This document shows positions 10,386 through 20,597 of a DNA stretch of 64,000 bases, piece by piece; positions within the stretch are counted from its first letter, which is position 1; every line of letters begins with the position of its first letter. A program made the position numbers and the translations under genes. The DNA is from Candidatus Daviesbacteria bacterium. GTDB taxonomy: Bacteria; Patescibacteriota; Microgenomatia; Daviesbacterales; UBA10151. The notes below the pieces were generated by a model. That model ran no database searches and was not told the DNA's origin. It saw nothing but the letters and a program-made list of their open reading frames with translations. The stretch is taken from the NCBI GenBank assembly GCA_030699125.1, contig JAUYKM010000016.1, positions 12,845 to 76,844 on the forward strand, read 5' to 3'.

Positions 10386-12277
10386 AATCTTTGAATATCT
10401 CTCCAGCCAATATCTTTTCTATAATGCAAATTATTTCCTTCAATATTTATTAAAGACATTGCATTATATACTTTTTTTTGAGTTTCCAAAACACCTTTGC
10501 CCTCTGCCATTAGATATAACACTCTTCCCCCATTCACTACATAATTTCCATTATTTTCTTTAATACCGGCTCCGAAAATTTTTATTTCAATTTTTTTTAA
10601 CTTTTCTATGCCAAAAATTTTCTTACCTTTAGTACCTGAGTAATCAACCGGGTAACCTCTAGAAGTTGCCGCCACAACAACTCTTACTTTCTCATCAATC
10701 TTTAATCTTAAATCATTAATCTTTCCGTTAAGTATGGCCATCCCCACTTCATAAAAATCATTTTGTATGGATGGAATAATTACTTCTGCTTCTGGATCTC
10801 CCCAGCGGGCATTAAATTCAATTACATAAACCTCGCTCCCAACCACCGTTCCACCTAAATAAAGAACTCCTTTATATGGTCTCTTTTCTTTTTTTAACCC
10901 GTTTATGGTTTTTCTAAAAATTTCTTTTACTTGTTTTTTTATATTTTGATTAACAACCAGGGGATTGGAAACACAACCCATCCCCCCGGTATTTGGACCG
11001 CGGTCTCCATCATTTGCTCTTTTATGATCTTGAGCATACCCCACCACTTTAAAATTTTTTCCATCGCAAAGTGCAAAGGCTGAAAACTCTTCGCCTTCTA
11101 ACCATTCCTCTATTAAATAAGTTCTCCCGCTTTTGCCAAATCTTTTCATCTCCTTTATAGCACTTATTGCTTCATTCAAACTGGTTACCGCTATTGCTCC
11201 TTTTCCCTCTGCAAGCCCTGATGCTTTGATGAACCATCTCTTTCCAGGATTTTTTTTAGCAAAATTTATACCATCTTTTTCATTATCAAATTTATAAAAT
11301 ACAGGAGAGGGAATTTGATACTTTTTCATAAATTTCCTAGCCCAGGCTTTATCCCACTCGATCTGTCCGGCATCTTTGGTGGACCCAACAGATGGAATAC
11401 CAATTTTAGTCAGCTTATTTACCAAACCTGCCTCCACTGCATTATCTTGGGCAACATCCACCAAATCAACTTTCTCCCTCTTACAAATTTCTAGGATTTC
11501 TTTAGTTGAGGTTGTTTTTAAATTGGGATAAATCATAACTTTTTTATTAGTATTAATTTGCATTAAGTCGTTTCCAGGTACTACTAAAATTCTGCCCACA
11601 TATTTACTCTGTCCATATTTATCCACCAGAACTGCCCCTCTTCCTCCGCCATCGATAACCATAATAGTTTTCCCATTTTCTTGACAAAGTCTTACTAAAA
11701 CATCATCATATAATTTATTTTCTTTTTTCTTCAGTCTCACGTAAAGTGATTCAACAGTATCTACTTTCTTGATTCTCTCAAAACATCTTCCCAGAACCTG
11801 ACCAAAATCAAATTCATGAGATAAAAAATTGACAGAGGAACCTGCATATGTTGCTTTAGAATCCAAAAAATTTTGTATAGCTTTTTGAGTAAATTTTCCT
11901 CTGTTCCACAGTCCGTCTGTGCCATCCGGATTTTTAACAACTCCATCCAAACTATCTGGTATTAACCCAGGATGAATATTTAAAATTTTATTTGGGAAAG
12001 TTCTTATCATTTTATCTGGAATAATTTGTTTCCAACCTGCCAGACAAATGTAATCAACACCTAAATTCTGAAGTAATTTTATTAGATTATCTCTCTTTTT
12101 TATGGTTTTGAATGATATATTGGCTTTTTTTGCTCTAATCAAGCCATATGCATTATCTGTATCTGATATTACAGAAATAATTTTGGCATTAATTTTGCCG
12201 AAGGAAATCCCATCTATAATTGCCTGTAGGTTGGTACCACTCCCTTTATTAGAAATTAAAACAACTAACTTTTTCAT
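10382..12277 (-). CDS. purD: Fused GAR transformylase (PurN, N-terminal) and GAR synthetase (PurD, C-terminal)
   Basis: N-terminal GSGTNLQAII...LAGW...NIHPG; C-terminal GGGRG, KASGLAEGKG, QDHKRANDGDRGPNTGGMG and EFNARWGDPE; one continuous ORF. Confidence 0.93.
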   Translation of the reverse strand: MKKLVVLISNKGSGTNLQAIIDGISFGKINAKIISVISDTDNAYGLIRAKKANISFKTIKKRDNLIKLLQNLGVDYICLAGWKQIIPDKMIRTFPNKILNIHPGLIPDSLDGVVKNPDGTDGLWNRGKFTQKAIQNFLDSKATYAGSSVNFLSHEFDFGQVLGRCFERIKKVDTVESLYVRLKKKENKLYDDVLVRLCQENGKTIMVIDGGGRGAVLVDKYGQSKYVGRILVVPGNDLMQINTNKKVMIYPNLKTTSTKEILEICKREKVDLVDVAQDNAVEAGLVNKLTKIGIPSVGSTKDAGQIEWDKAWARKFMKKYQIPSPVFYKFDNEKDGINFAKKNPGKRWFIKASGLAEGKGAIAVTSLNEAISAIKEMKRFGKSGRTYLIEEWLEGEEFSAFALCDGKNFKVVGYAQDHKRANDGDRGPNTGGMGCVSNPLVVNQNIKKQVKEIFRKTINGLKKEKRPYKGVLYLGGTVVGSEVYVIEFNARWGDPEAEVIIPSIQNDFYEVGMAILNGKINDLRLKIDEKVRVVVAATSRGYPVDYSGTKGKKIFGIEKLKKIEIKIFGAGIKENNGNYVVNGGRVLYLMAEGKGVLETQKKVYNAMSLINIEGNNLHYRKDIGWRDIQRL

Positions 12278-13692
12278 CAAATTTTTGCATAAGAGGGATG
12301 GAAATTAATTTCCTTACTTCTTTCTCCAATATCGATTGGGTATTTACCTGTAAAACAGGACATGCAGAGTTTGCTCTCCGGAAGTCCAATGGCTTGAATC
12401 AATCCTTTATAGGAAAGATAATGCAGTGAATCAACCCCTATTTCTTTAGCAATAGCTCCATGACTTTTATAGGAAGCAATTAATTCTTTTTGATTTGGAG
12501 TATTAATGCCATAAAAATCCGGAAATCTCACCGGTGGAGAAGAAATCATTAAATGAACCGATTTTGCTCCTCCGTCTCTTACCATCTTAATAATCTGTCT
12601 GCAGGTAGTTCCCCTGACTATTGAGTCATCGACTACAATAATTCTTTTATTTTTCAAAATATGTTTCATCGGATTTAGCTTAAGTTGCACAATTCTATCT
12701 CTAGTATGTTCCTCGGGAGAAATAAAAGTCCTATGAACATAACGGTTTTTGATAATGCCTGGATAATAAGGTATTTGTGACTGGCGAGAAAAGCCAATGG
12801 CAGCAGGAATGGCAGAATCCGGTACAGGTATTACCAAATCTCCTTTTACTGTATGTTCTTTTGCTAATTGCTTACCTAAATTTTGTCTAATCTGATCGAC
12901 ACTTTTTCCTAAAATTATACTATCTGGTCTGGCAAAATAGACAAATTCAAATACATCTAATTTTTGATCTCCTTTTTCTACCTGTATGCTTCTTATACCC
13001 TTCTCATCTACCACCACCATTTCACCTGGTTTTACCTCTCTTAGGAATTTGGCTCCAATAATATCCAGAGCACATGATTCAGATGCAAAAATATACCCGC
13101 TATTTAGTTTTCCGATACACAAAGGTCTGATACCACATCTGTCCCTAGCTGCTACAATTTTTTTCTCATCCATTGCCAGGATACAAAAAGATCCGGTAAA
13201 GTAAGGCCACGATTTTCCTATAGCTTTTTCCAAACTATTATTTCCTTTGACAAAATATGAAATGATTTGAGTCATCATGTCAGAATCATTTAACCCTTTG
13301 GTAGAAATACTTTTTTTATCTAAAAAATTTTTAATTTTTTCAACTGAAGGCAGATTACCATTATGGGCAAGCGCGATAGATTTTTTGTTATTTATTTTTG
13401 CTATGATGGGTTGGGCGTGGGCATCAAAAAAATCTCCAGAGGTGGAATACCTATTTTGACCAATGGCAAGATGACCTGTCAATTTTTTTAGATCTTCTTC
13501 TGAATAGACATGGGCTACCAATCCAGGCCCTTTCTTAAATCTCAATTTTTTGCCATCTGATGCTGCAATACCTGAAGATTCTTGTCCTCTGTGTTGAAGA
13601 GCCCAGAGTCCGGGATGTACTAATCGGGCTGCCTTAAAATCCTTACCAAAGACTGCAAAAATACCGCATTTTTCTCTTAATTTACTTCTCAT
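12277..13692 (-). CDS. purF: Amidophosphoribosyltransferase
   Basis: EKCGIF, LQHRGQE, FEFVYFARPDS and VDDSIVRGTT motifs. Confidence 0.97.
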   Translation of the reverse strand: MRSKLREKCGIFAVFGKDFKAARLVHPGLWALQHRGQESSGIAASDGKKLRFKKGPGLVAHVYSEEDLKKLTGHLAIGQNRYSTSGDFFDAHAQPIIAKINNKKSIALAHNGNLPSVEKIKNFLDKKSISTKGLNDSDMMTQIISYFVKGNNSLEKAIGKSWPYFTGSFCILAMDEKKIVAARDRCGIRPLCIGKLNSGYIFASESCALDIIGAKFLREVKPGEMVVVDEKGIRSIQVEKGDQKLDVFEFVYFARPDSIILGKSVDQIRQNLGKQLAKEHTVKGDLVIPVPDSAIPAAIGFSRQSQIPYYPGIIKNRYVHRTFISPEEHTRDRIVQLKLNPMKHILKNKRIIVVDDSIVRGTTCRQIIKMVRDGGAKSVHLMISSPPVRFPDFYGINTPNQKELIASYKSHGAIAKEIGVDSLHYLSYKGLIQAIGLPESKLCMSCFTGKYPIDIGERSKEINFHPSYAKI

Positions 13693-13750
13693 ATTACAAT
13701 ATAACCTGATGGTATACGCAAGTCAATATCATAAATGGTATACTAAATTA

Positions 13751-14107
13751 ATGGGTGGAAAGCAATTTCGAATTCTTTCGTTTAAGTATGCTTTTGAAGG
13801 GATCTGGTCCGCTTTAAAAAAAGAGCCAAATTTAAAATTTCATTTTATTGTCGGAGTGTTTGTTATTTTACTGGCATCTATCTTAAGAATTTCCCGGGAA
13901 GATTGGGCTATAACGTTACTTTTGATATCATTTGTTTTAGTTTTAGAATTGACTAATACAGCTATTGAAGCAGTAGTCGATGAGTTTACCAATAAGGAAC
14001 ATCCGGGGGCAAAACTGGCTAAAGATATTTCCGCCGGTGCAGTACTAATTGTGGCAATAACTTCTGTTATTATCGGCTTAATTATTTTCCTTCCTTATTT
14101 ATTTTAA
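13751..14107 (+). CDS. dgkA: Diacylglycerol/undecaprenol kinase
   Basis: SFKYAFEGI, ELTNTAIEAVVD and AKDISAGAVL motifs; start chosen from the TGgTATACT box 6 nt upstream. Confidence 0.9.
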   Translation: MGGKQFRILSFKYAFEGIWSALKKEPNLKFHFIVGVFVILLASILRISREDWAITLLLISFVLVLELTNTAIEAVVDEFTNKEHPGAKLAKDISAGAVLIVAITSVIIGLIIFLPYLF

Positions 14108-14108
14108 G

Positions 14109-14633
14109 ATGGGTAATGAATCATTATTTTTTATACTGTTTAGTTTAGGCGGAAAAAACATTTTTCTAGACTGGCTGATGATCTTTGGAGCAGAAGCGAT
14201 AATTTTTTTATCATATATTTTAATATTCATTCTGGCAATTTACGGTAGGGTAAAGGAGCGAAAAGCTTTAGTCTTAGCATTAATATCTTTCCCCATTCTG
14301 ATAATTATTATTAAGATTATTCATCTTTTTATATATAACCCGCGGCCGTTTATAGAATATGATATTGTTCCGCTGATTAACCATTATGCCGATGCTTCTT
14401 TTCCTTCAAGGCACACCACCATTATGTCATCATTTGCATTTTCATATATTTTAACTAAATCAAAGTGGGCCTCTCTATTCATTGTTATGACAATTTGGGT
14501 GGGACTAGGAAGAGTTTTTATAGGAATACATTATCCTGCTGATATTATTGGTGGAGTTCTGGTGGGATTTTTATCCGTGATTTTTGCTTTAAAAATTGCC
14601 AGGATTTTAAAATTCAAATTTTTCTTAAAATGA
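14109..14633 (+). CDS. PAP2-family phosphatase (BcrC-like undecaprenyl-diphosphatase)
   Basis: K-x6-RP, SFPSRH and RVFIGIHYPADI motifs; multiple TM segments. Confidence 0.85.
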   Translation: MGNESLFFILFSLGGKNIFLDWLMIFGAEAIIFLSYILIFILAIYGRVKERKALVLALISFPILIIIIKIIHLFIYNPRPFIEYDIVPLINHYADASFPSRHTTIMSSFAFSYILTKSKWASLFIVMTIWVGLGRVFIGIHYPADIIGGVLVGFLSVIFALKIARILKFKFFLK

Positions 14634-14636
14634 AAT

Positions 14637-15902
14637 TTAGGAATTGAGAATTTGAGAAAATTTATCAGACGATTTAAAGGGACCGATTATTTGCAGATTA
14701 TATTTATTTTTCTGAAATAATTCCTTGGCCACATTTTGTATTTCTTCTTTAGTCACTGCATCAATTTTTTCTAAATATTCCTCAAACGTTTCTATTTCCC
14801 TATCTAACACAAACTTTGTCCCAAAATATTGAGCTAAGAAATTTGTTGATTCTGAAGCTAGTGCAAGTCTCCCTCTAGCCATTTCTTTGCCTTTCTTAAG
14901 CTCATCATCAGTTACCAATTCTTTAGTAATTCTTTCAAGTTCAGCAATTATCACCTGCAGTCCCTCTTCTATTTTTTCCAATTTTAAACCAGCATAAACT
15001 GCAAAATATCCTGTATCAGCATAAGGGCCAAGATGAGATCCGACATGATATGCAAGTCCTCTTTTTTCCCTAATTTCCAAAAATAATCTGGAAGACATTC
15101 CTTCTCCTAAAATTGTTGCTAAAAGTCTTTCTGCATACCTCCTGTCATCATGTCTGTCAAAACTTTCCATACCTAATATTAAATTTACCTGATCTGTATC
15201 TTTATAAAAAACATTTAATTGGGGAGAGTTTTGTTTTGTTTTTTTATAAGGGGAATGTTTAAATTGTCCCCTTTTCGGTAAATTATTAAAATATTTTAAA
15301 GCTAAACTTTTAATATTTTTTGGGATTTTTCCCACATATACTAAGGTCATATTTTTTGGAGAATATAATGAATCCATATATTTAATAAAATCATCCTGAT
15401 TTAAACTTAAAATAATTTTTTCTTCACCGCCTATATCCCATCCCATAGGTTGATCACCAAACTGTAAGCCTTCATATAAATTCCAGACATATTGTGTAGG
15501 GTTATCCCTATACATTCTAAGCTCCTCAATTATCACTCCCTTTTCTTTTTCAATTTCTTCTTTTGAAAGAAGAGACTCCTTTATCATAGAGGAAAGAAGG
15601 TCTGTTGCAAGCTCTATATGAATTGAGGCAGATTTTATCCAATAAATTGTTACTTCTTTATCTGTGGATGCATTATTTACTGCTCCAATCCCATCAACAA
15701 TAGCGGCAATTTGTTCTGCAGTGGGATATTTCTCGGATCCCTTAAAAAACATGTGTTCCAAAAAGTGCGAAATGCCGTTTATTTTTTTGGTTTCATAACG
15801 GGATCCAGCCCCAACAGCCACAAGTGTGGTAACGGAATCAAGATGGGGTAAATCCACCGTGATTAAAGTCAACCCGTTTTTTAGTGTGGAGATCTTATGC
15901 AT
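14637..15902 (-). CDS. M16-family (pitrilysin) zinc peptidase
   Basis: GISHFLEHMFFKGS (HxxEH) and SSRLFLEIREKRGLAY. Confidence 0.93.
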   Translation of the reverse strand: MHKISTLKNGLTLITVDLPHLDSVTTLVAVGAGSRYETKKINGISHFLEHMFFKGSEKYPTAEQIAAIVDGIGAVNNASTDKEVTIYWIKSASIHIELATDLLSSMIKESLLSKEEIEKEKGVIIEELRMYRDNPTQYVWNLYEGLQFGDQPMGWDIGGEEKIILSLNQDDFIKYMDSLYSPKNMTLVYVGKIPKNIKSLALKYFNNLPKRGQFKHSPYKKTKQNSPQLNVFYKDTDQVNLILGMESFDRHDDRRYAERLLATILGEGMSSRLFLEIREKRGLAYHVGSHLGPYADTGYFAVYAGLKLEKIEEGLQVIIAELERITKELVTDDELKKGKEMARGRLALASESTNFLAQYFGTKFVLDREIETFEEYLEKIDAVTKEEIQNVAKELFQKNKYNLQIIGPFKSSDKFSQILNS

Positions 15903-16557
15903 TCTGAATGTAGTCTAACATTCGATTAACTGTTTCTTCAACATTCAATTCGGTATTATCAATAACAATAGCATCTTCAGGTTTCCTCATGGGAGAAGCC
16001 TCTCTTTCTTGATCATGTCTATCCCTTTCCATCATATCCCTTAAAACATCTTCAAAATTTATGGCAGAATCTTTTTCTTTTAGCTGTTTAAATCTTCTAC
16101 TGGCTCTTTCTTCAACCGATGCAGTCAGCCAAAATTTGAAGCGGGCATCAGGAAAAATTTCCGAGCCAATATCTCTTCCTCCCATCACTACTTTAACCTT
16201 CTTGGCTATTTCTTTCTGGATTCCTCTGGTAACTTTTCTTACTTCCGGTTGGGCAGCAACTTCATGAACCAGCTGAGAGATTTGAGGTGTATGAAGTTTA
16301 TCTGTTACATCTTCTTCATCAAGAAACACTTTCCAGTTATCATTCATTTCAAACCTGATATTAAGATCCTTGTTTATTAGTAAAATTTTATTCAAATCGG
16401 TTGATAAGATACCTGATCTTGTCATTTTTAAACAGATGGCCCGATAGATCATACCCGTATCGATATATTTATAGCCCAATTTTTTGGCCAACAAAAATCC
16501 GACACTGTTTTTGCCGGATGAGGTGGGACCATCAATTGTTATAATATTATCTTCCAC
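15895..16557 (-). CDS. cmk: Cytidylate kinase
   Basis: ITIDGPTSSGK, IDTGMIYRA, GRDIGSEIFPDA and ERDRHD motifs. Confidence 0.95.
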   Translation of the reverse strand: MEDNIITIDGPTSSGKNSVGFLLAKKLGYKYIDTGMIYRAICLKMTRSGILSTDLNKILLINKDLNIRFEMNDNWKVFLDEEDVTDKLHTPQISQLVHEVAAQPEVRKVTRGIQKEIAKKVKVVMGGRDIGSEIFPDARFKFWLTASVEERASRRFKQLKEKDSAINFEDVLRDMMERDRHDQEREASPMRKPEDAIVIDNTELNVEETVNRMLDYIQNA

Positions 16558-16585
16558 AAATATCTAGTTTATCATAATTATGAAC

Positions 16586-18607
16586 TTAGTTGTGATTCAT
16601 CATAATAGAAAGAAGTACAGGTTTCTTTCTAATGTAGGTAATAGTTAGGGGAAGATTCAAATCCCTTATTTCTGGATTTTCATCAAAGCGTACCTGAGGT
16701 CGTTTCCTCCCTTTGGCTTCTCTATTATAACTTTTTATAAATGATCTAACCTCTGAAATTTCATCTTTTTCTAATTTATAATCAGTAAATTGCATTCTTC
16801 CAAATAAAGCAGCTGCGTTCAAAAGAAGATAAAAAACACTTGTATCAAATTCTTCTCCCGCATTATTAATCACTAAATCATTATGACCATTAATTGTTCC
16901 GATTAAGGCTATTTTTTCAACATTAGAGTCCCCACCAATAGTTTTAGAATCAAAAATGCAGCTAACACTATCTCCTTCTTGTTGTATAGCTACCAATCCA
17001 AGACTACCTAATTTAGATAACGTATTACTTGATGGTAGTAGGTCTGGAATAACCACAATTGCTCTGGATCCTTTAGTATTTGTTGCGTATCCGGCAAGTA
17101 CATCCAAGGCTACATCTTGATTAATTCCAGATTCTGCTAACTTTTTATTTAAAACCTTAAGGAGCATTTCTAAATCTTCTCCAACCACTCCAATCTCGCC
17201 CCAAGTTTTGGATTGCAATGTTGTATCTGCAGTAATTCTCGACTCTTCTGGCTGTTTTCCCAAACCCTCTGTTTTTTGCTCTATTTGCTCAACCTTTGAG
17301 GTATATATTATTTTTACTCCCTGTTTTTTTTGTTCTGCAAGGAACTCATCTTTTATTTTGCCGAGGGGGATCAATCTTGCTCTAGCTTCAGCGTTTGAAT
17401 TCATATATAAAACACCTGGCTTAACATCTTTTAATACAGCTTGCTCATCGACAAAAGACTGAGGGGATGCTGATTGGCTAATTAGTTCTTGTAATTTTCC
17501 AGTAATAACTTCCGTAGCTGGATTTTGAGGATATTTAGCCAGAAAAAAACCTGCAGCAACTAACATTCTTCTGATAAATCTATCTTGCTGATTATGACTA
17601 TATCCACTAAATGGAATGGTTTCTAAAAACTCTGCATATCCATCAGCAGCATCAGGATAAGCATCGGGATTGAAGTAAAAGTAGCGGAATAAATTTTCCT
17701 TCTCAGTAACAACCGTTTTCCAAAAATCCATTTGTAATCTAGGATGGTCTAAAAAATATTTAACAAAGTCTTTTGAGGTGTGGGGGTAATTAGCCTTTGT
17801 TTCATTATCCAAATGAGCAGCAAATCCCCAACCAAACGACCAAATATTCATTTCTCTGGTACGACTAATTGCTGCACCAAACTTTCCTTCTAAAAGAAGT
17901 CTTGAAAAGCGGGGATCCTTCCAGATATTATCATCAGTAGCCCAAGTTAGCTTATCATGCCAAGCTCTTGATTGTGGACTGACTACCTCCGCCCAATATG
18001 AAGAATATTCTCTTTCCTGCCTGAGTAAGTTCTGCAGGGAGTAATCCATTTTTATTATAATTTCTGCCTCTTCATCTGTCTGCGGAGTTTTTGTCAAAAC
18101 ATTACCCAGCCATCCTTTAAACTCCTCAGTAGTATTTTTGGCTCCAAGATATGCTGTGTCATCCTCTGCAAGAGCATATGACTCAGTTCTTGCTACCTCA
18201 GCGTATAGTCTTTTCTTACCCCTCGCCAAACGATTCGCTCCCAGGTTGAATACATATCTTTTCTCTATAGGAAGGTTAGTTTGATAAATTAGCGTTTCCG
18301 CCAAAACCAAGGCGCGGAAAGATCTGCTTAGCGCTTCATCTGCAAAAGGACGCTCTGATAAAATTTCTTGTAGCATTTGCCAACCTAAAACCAAATCCTG
18401 ACTTCTTGTTGGAAGTAATGTCTATGAACTAAAGCCCAAGAGTGCTTCTTTTCTATCTGATTCAACTTGTCCGTACAAAATCTTGGATAGAACTGTTTCT
18501 ATGGGTAGTTTTATTGAATCATTTACCGCAGGCGCTAATACAAAACTATTAGAGCGTCTTCTGACAACATCTAATTTGTTTTGTACTCTCTCTGAATTTC
18601 TGTTCAT
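16586..18607 (-). pseudogene. Large hypothetical protein interrupted by a single in-frame TAG at 18422..18424
   Basis: ORFs 18422..18607 and 16586..18394 share a frame and are joined by open codons TLLPTRSQD; a -10 box precedes ATG 18607. Confidence 0.6.
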
Positions 18608-18660
18608 TTAGTAGCAGATTTTAACAAATTGAGGCTCAAAAAACAAATTCAACTTATCAC

Positions 18661-19833
18661 TTACTTTTGTGATTTTGGGATATAGTACTTTTTACCCTTA
18701 AGTTTTTCCGGTAGTAGATCTTCTTTTGTATATTTTTCATATCCTTTTCCATAATCCAACTCTTTCATTAACTTAGTTGGAGCATTTCTTAAATTTAGCG
18801 GAATAGGTAAGTTGCCATACTTTTTAACATCCTCTAAGGCTTTAAAGTACGCATCATACGAGGAGCGGTCTTTTTTCGCATTACAAAGATATATTACACC
18901 ATGAGCCAAATTTATCTGACACTCTGGATAACCTATTGTTTCACAAGCTCTAAATACTTCATTGGCCACGACCAAAGCTGTTGGTTGAGCTTGTCCGATA
19001 TCTTCTGAGGCAAATATCACCATCCTTCTGGCGATAAATAAAGCATCCTCCCCGGCAGATACCATCCGGGCTAAATAATATAAGGCACTATCCACATTTG
19101 AGGCTCTCATGGATTTTATAAAAGCGGAAATTGTATTGTAGTGTTCTTCACCTGCTTTATCATACATTAAAGCTTTTTTTTGAAATGCTTCTTCAACTTC
19201 CTCAACACTAATATTTTCATTTAGACCAGCAGCAATCTCTAAAGTATTCAACAGCACTCTGGCGTCCCCTCCTGAAAGTTCCATTAATAAATCTTTACTT
19301 TTCTTATCTATCTTTACCCCTAATTCTTTTAAACCCCTTTTTATAATTTCCGATAAATCATCTGCGGACAAAGGTTCTAAAACCAAAACCCGAGATCTGG
19401 AAAGCAAAGGCGCAATAATTTCAAATGAGGGATTTTCAGTGGTAGCACCAATCAGGATAATTTGACCTGTTTCAACAAGCGGCAAAAACGCATCCTGTTG
19501 GGCTTTATTAAACCTGTGGATCTCATCTATAAAAACAATTGGTGGTGGCAATAAGTTGTTTTGACGCGAAGTTTTAACATTATCGATGATCTTTTTAATA
19601 TCGGCAATCCCGGTATTTACTGCCGAAAACTCCAGAAATTCTGATTTAGTTTCGAAAGCAATAATCCTGGCAATGGTTGTTTTGCCAACTCCCGGAGGCC
19701 CCCATAAAATCATTGAGAAAATTTTATTATTTTTTAAAGACTGAAAGAGTAATTTATCGCTAGATAATAAATGTCTTTGTCCAACAAAATCTTTTAGAGT
19801 CTTTGGTCTTAACCTATCTGCAAGCGGAATCAT
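18661..19833 (-). CDS. rarA: Replication-associated recombination protein A (AAA+ ATPase)
   Basis: PLADRLRP, WGPPGVGKTT, DEIHRFNKAQQD, GATTENP and SAFIKSMR motifs. Confidence 0.95.
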   Translation of the reverse strand: MIPLADRLRPKTLKDFVGQRHLLSSDKLLFQSLKNNKIFSMILWGPPGVGKTTIARIIAFETKSEFLEFSAVNTGIADIKKIIDNVKTSRQNNLLPPPIVFIDEIHRFNKAQQDAFLPLVETGQIILIGATTENPSFEIIAPLLSRSRVLVLEPLSADDLSEIIKRGLKELGVKIDKKSKDLLMELSGGDARVLLNTLEIAAGLNENISVEEVEEAFQKKALMYDKAGEEHYNTISAFIKSMRASNVDSALYYLARMVSAGEDALFIARRMVIFASEDIGQAQPTALVVANEVFRACETIGYPECQINLAHGVIYLCNAKKDRSSYDAYFKALEDVKKYGNLPIPLNLRNAPTKLMKELDYGKGYEKYTKEDLLPEKLKGKKYYIPKSQK

Positions 19834-19876
19834 ATTAAGTTAATATATCCAAACTTTTTCCGAAGATCAAGATCGT

Positions 19877-20597
19877 TTAACTTTTTCTTACTCGTCTAAG
19901 TACAAACATATCACTACTAGTATGATCATACCCACTCCGGGTAGATAGAGCACCCGAATAATTTTCTGCCACTAAATTTCGCGTGGGGCTATCATAAGCT
20001 CCAAAGGGATAACTAAAAAAGATAACATCCTTCCCGGTAATATCCTGAAGTCTAGTTTTTGATTCCACTATCTCCGCAGCCCAGGCACCAGGGTTACGTA
20101 GCCGCAGATTAACTAAATTAGCATGGTTAACTGTATGGGAAATCACCTCCATTCCAGCCTCACTAAATTCCCTCACGTTACTGTCACTTACATACCTGTG
20201 GGAAGTTCCATCTCCAGTCCAACCCGGCATTACGCAAAAAGCTGCCGGAATACTCCAATCCAACAAAAAGGGGAAAGCATTATTCCTTTGAGATAAGTAA
20301 CCATCATCAAATGTTAAAACAAAAGGCTGTTTTCCATCCGGCCAGCATATTTCTCCAGTCTGCAAGAATTTTGACAAACCTGATAGTGCAATTGGATGCC
20401 CCCCTTTATCCATTAAATCAATGACGTAATCAGGAAAGCTTATAGATACTTCATGCCAAAAGTAAACCGGACAATCTATACTCTCTTGAGAGAATAGCAA
20501 TTTAAATCCATCCTCAAGAAACCGTCGTCTCCCCCCCCTGTTGATCTAAAAAGGATTCTAATCTTTCTGCCCTATGAAAAACTTCTATAAGATTCAT
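19877..20597 (-). CDS. Polysaccharide deacetylase (NodB-like) with a one-base frameshift in a G8 tract near the 5' end; in-frame part is 19877..20500
   Basis: LTFDDGY, SHTVNH and FSYPFG motifs; ATG 20597 overlaps the cysS stop; removing one base from 20531..20538 restores the frame. Confidence 0.8.

Noticed and set aside
18422-18424. Alternative genetic code (TAG or TGA reassignment)
   Set aside because: Conserved genes end properly at TGA and TAG (cysS, purF, recR, glyA) with no internal stops, so code 11 fits.
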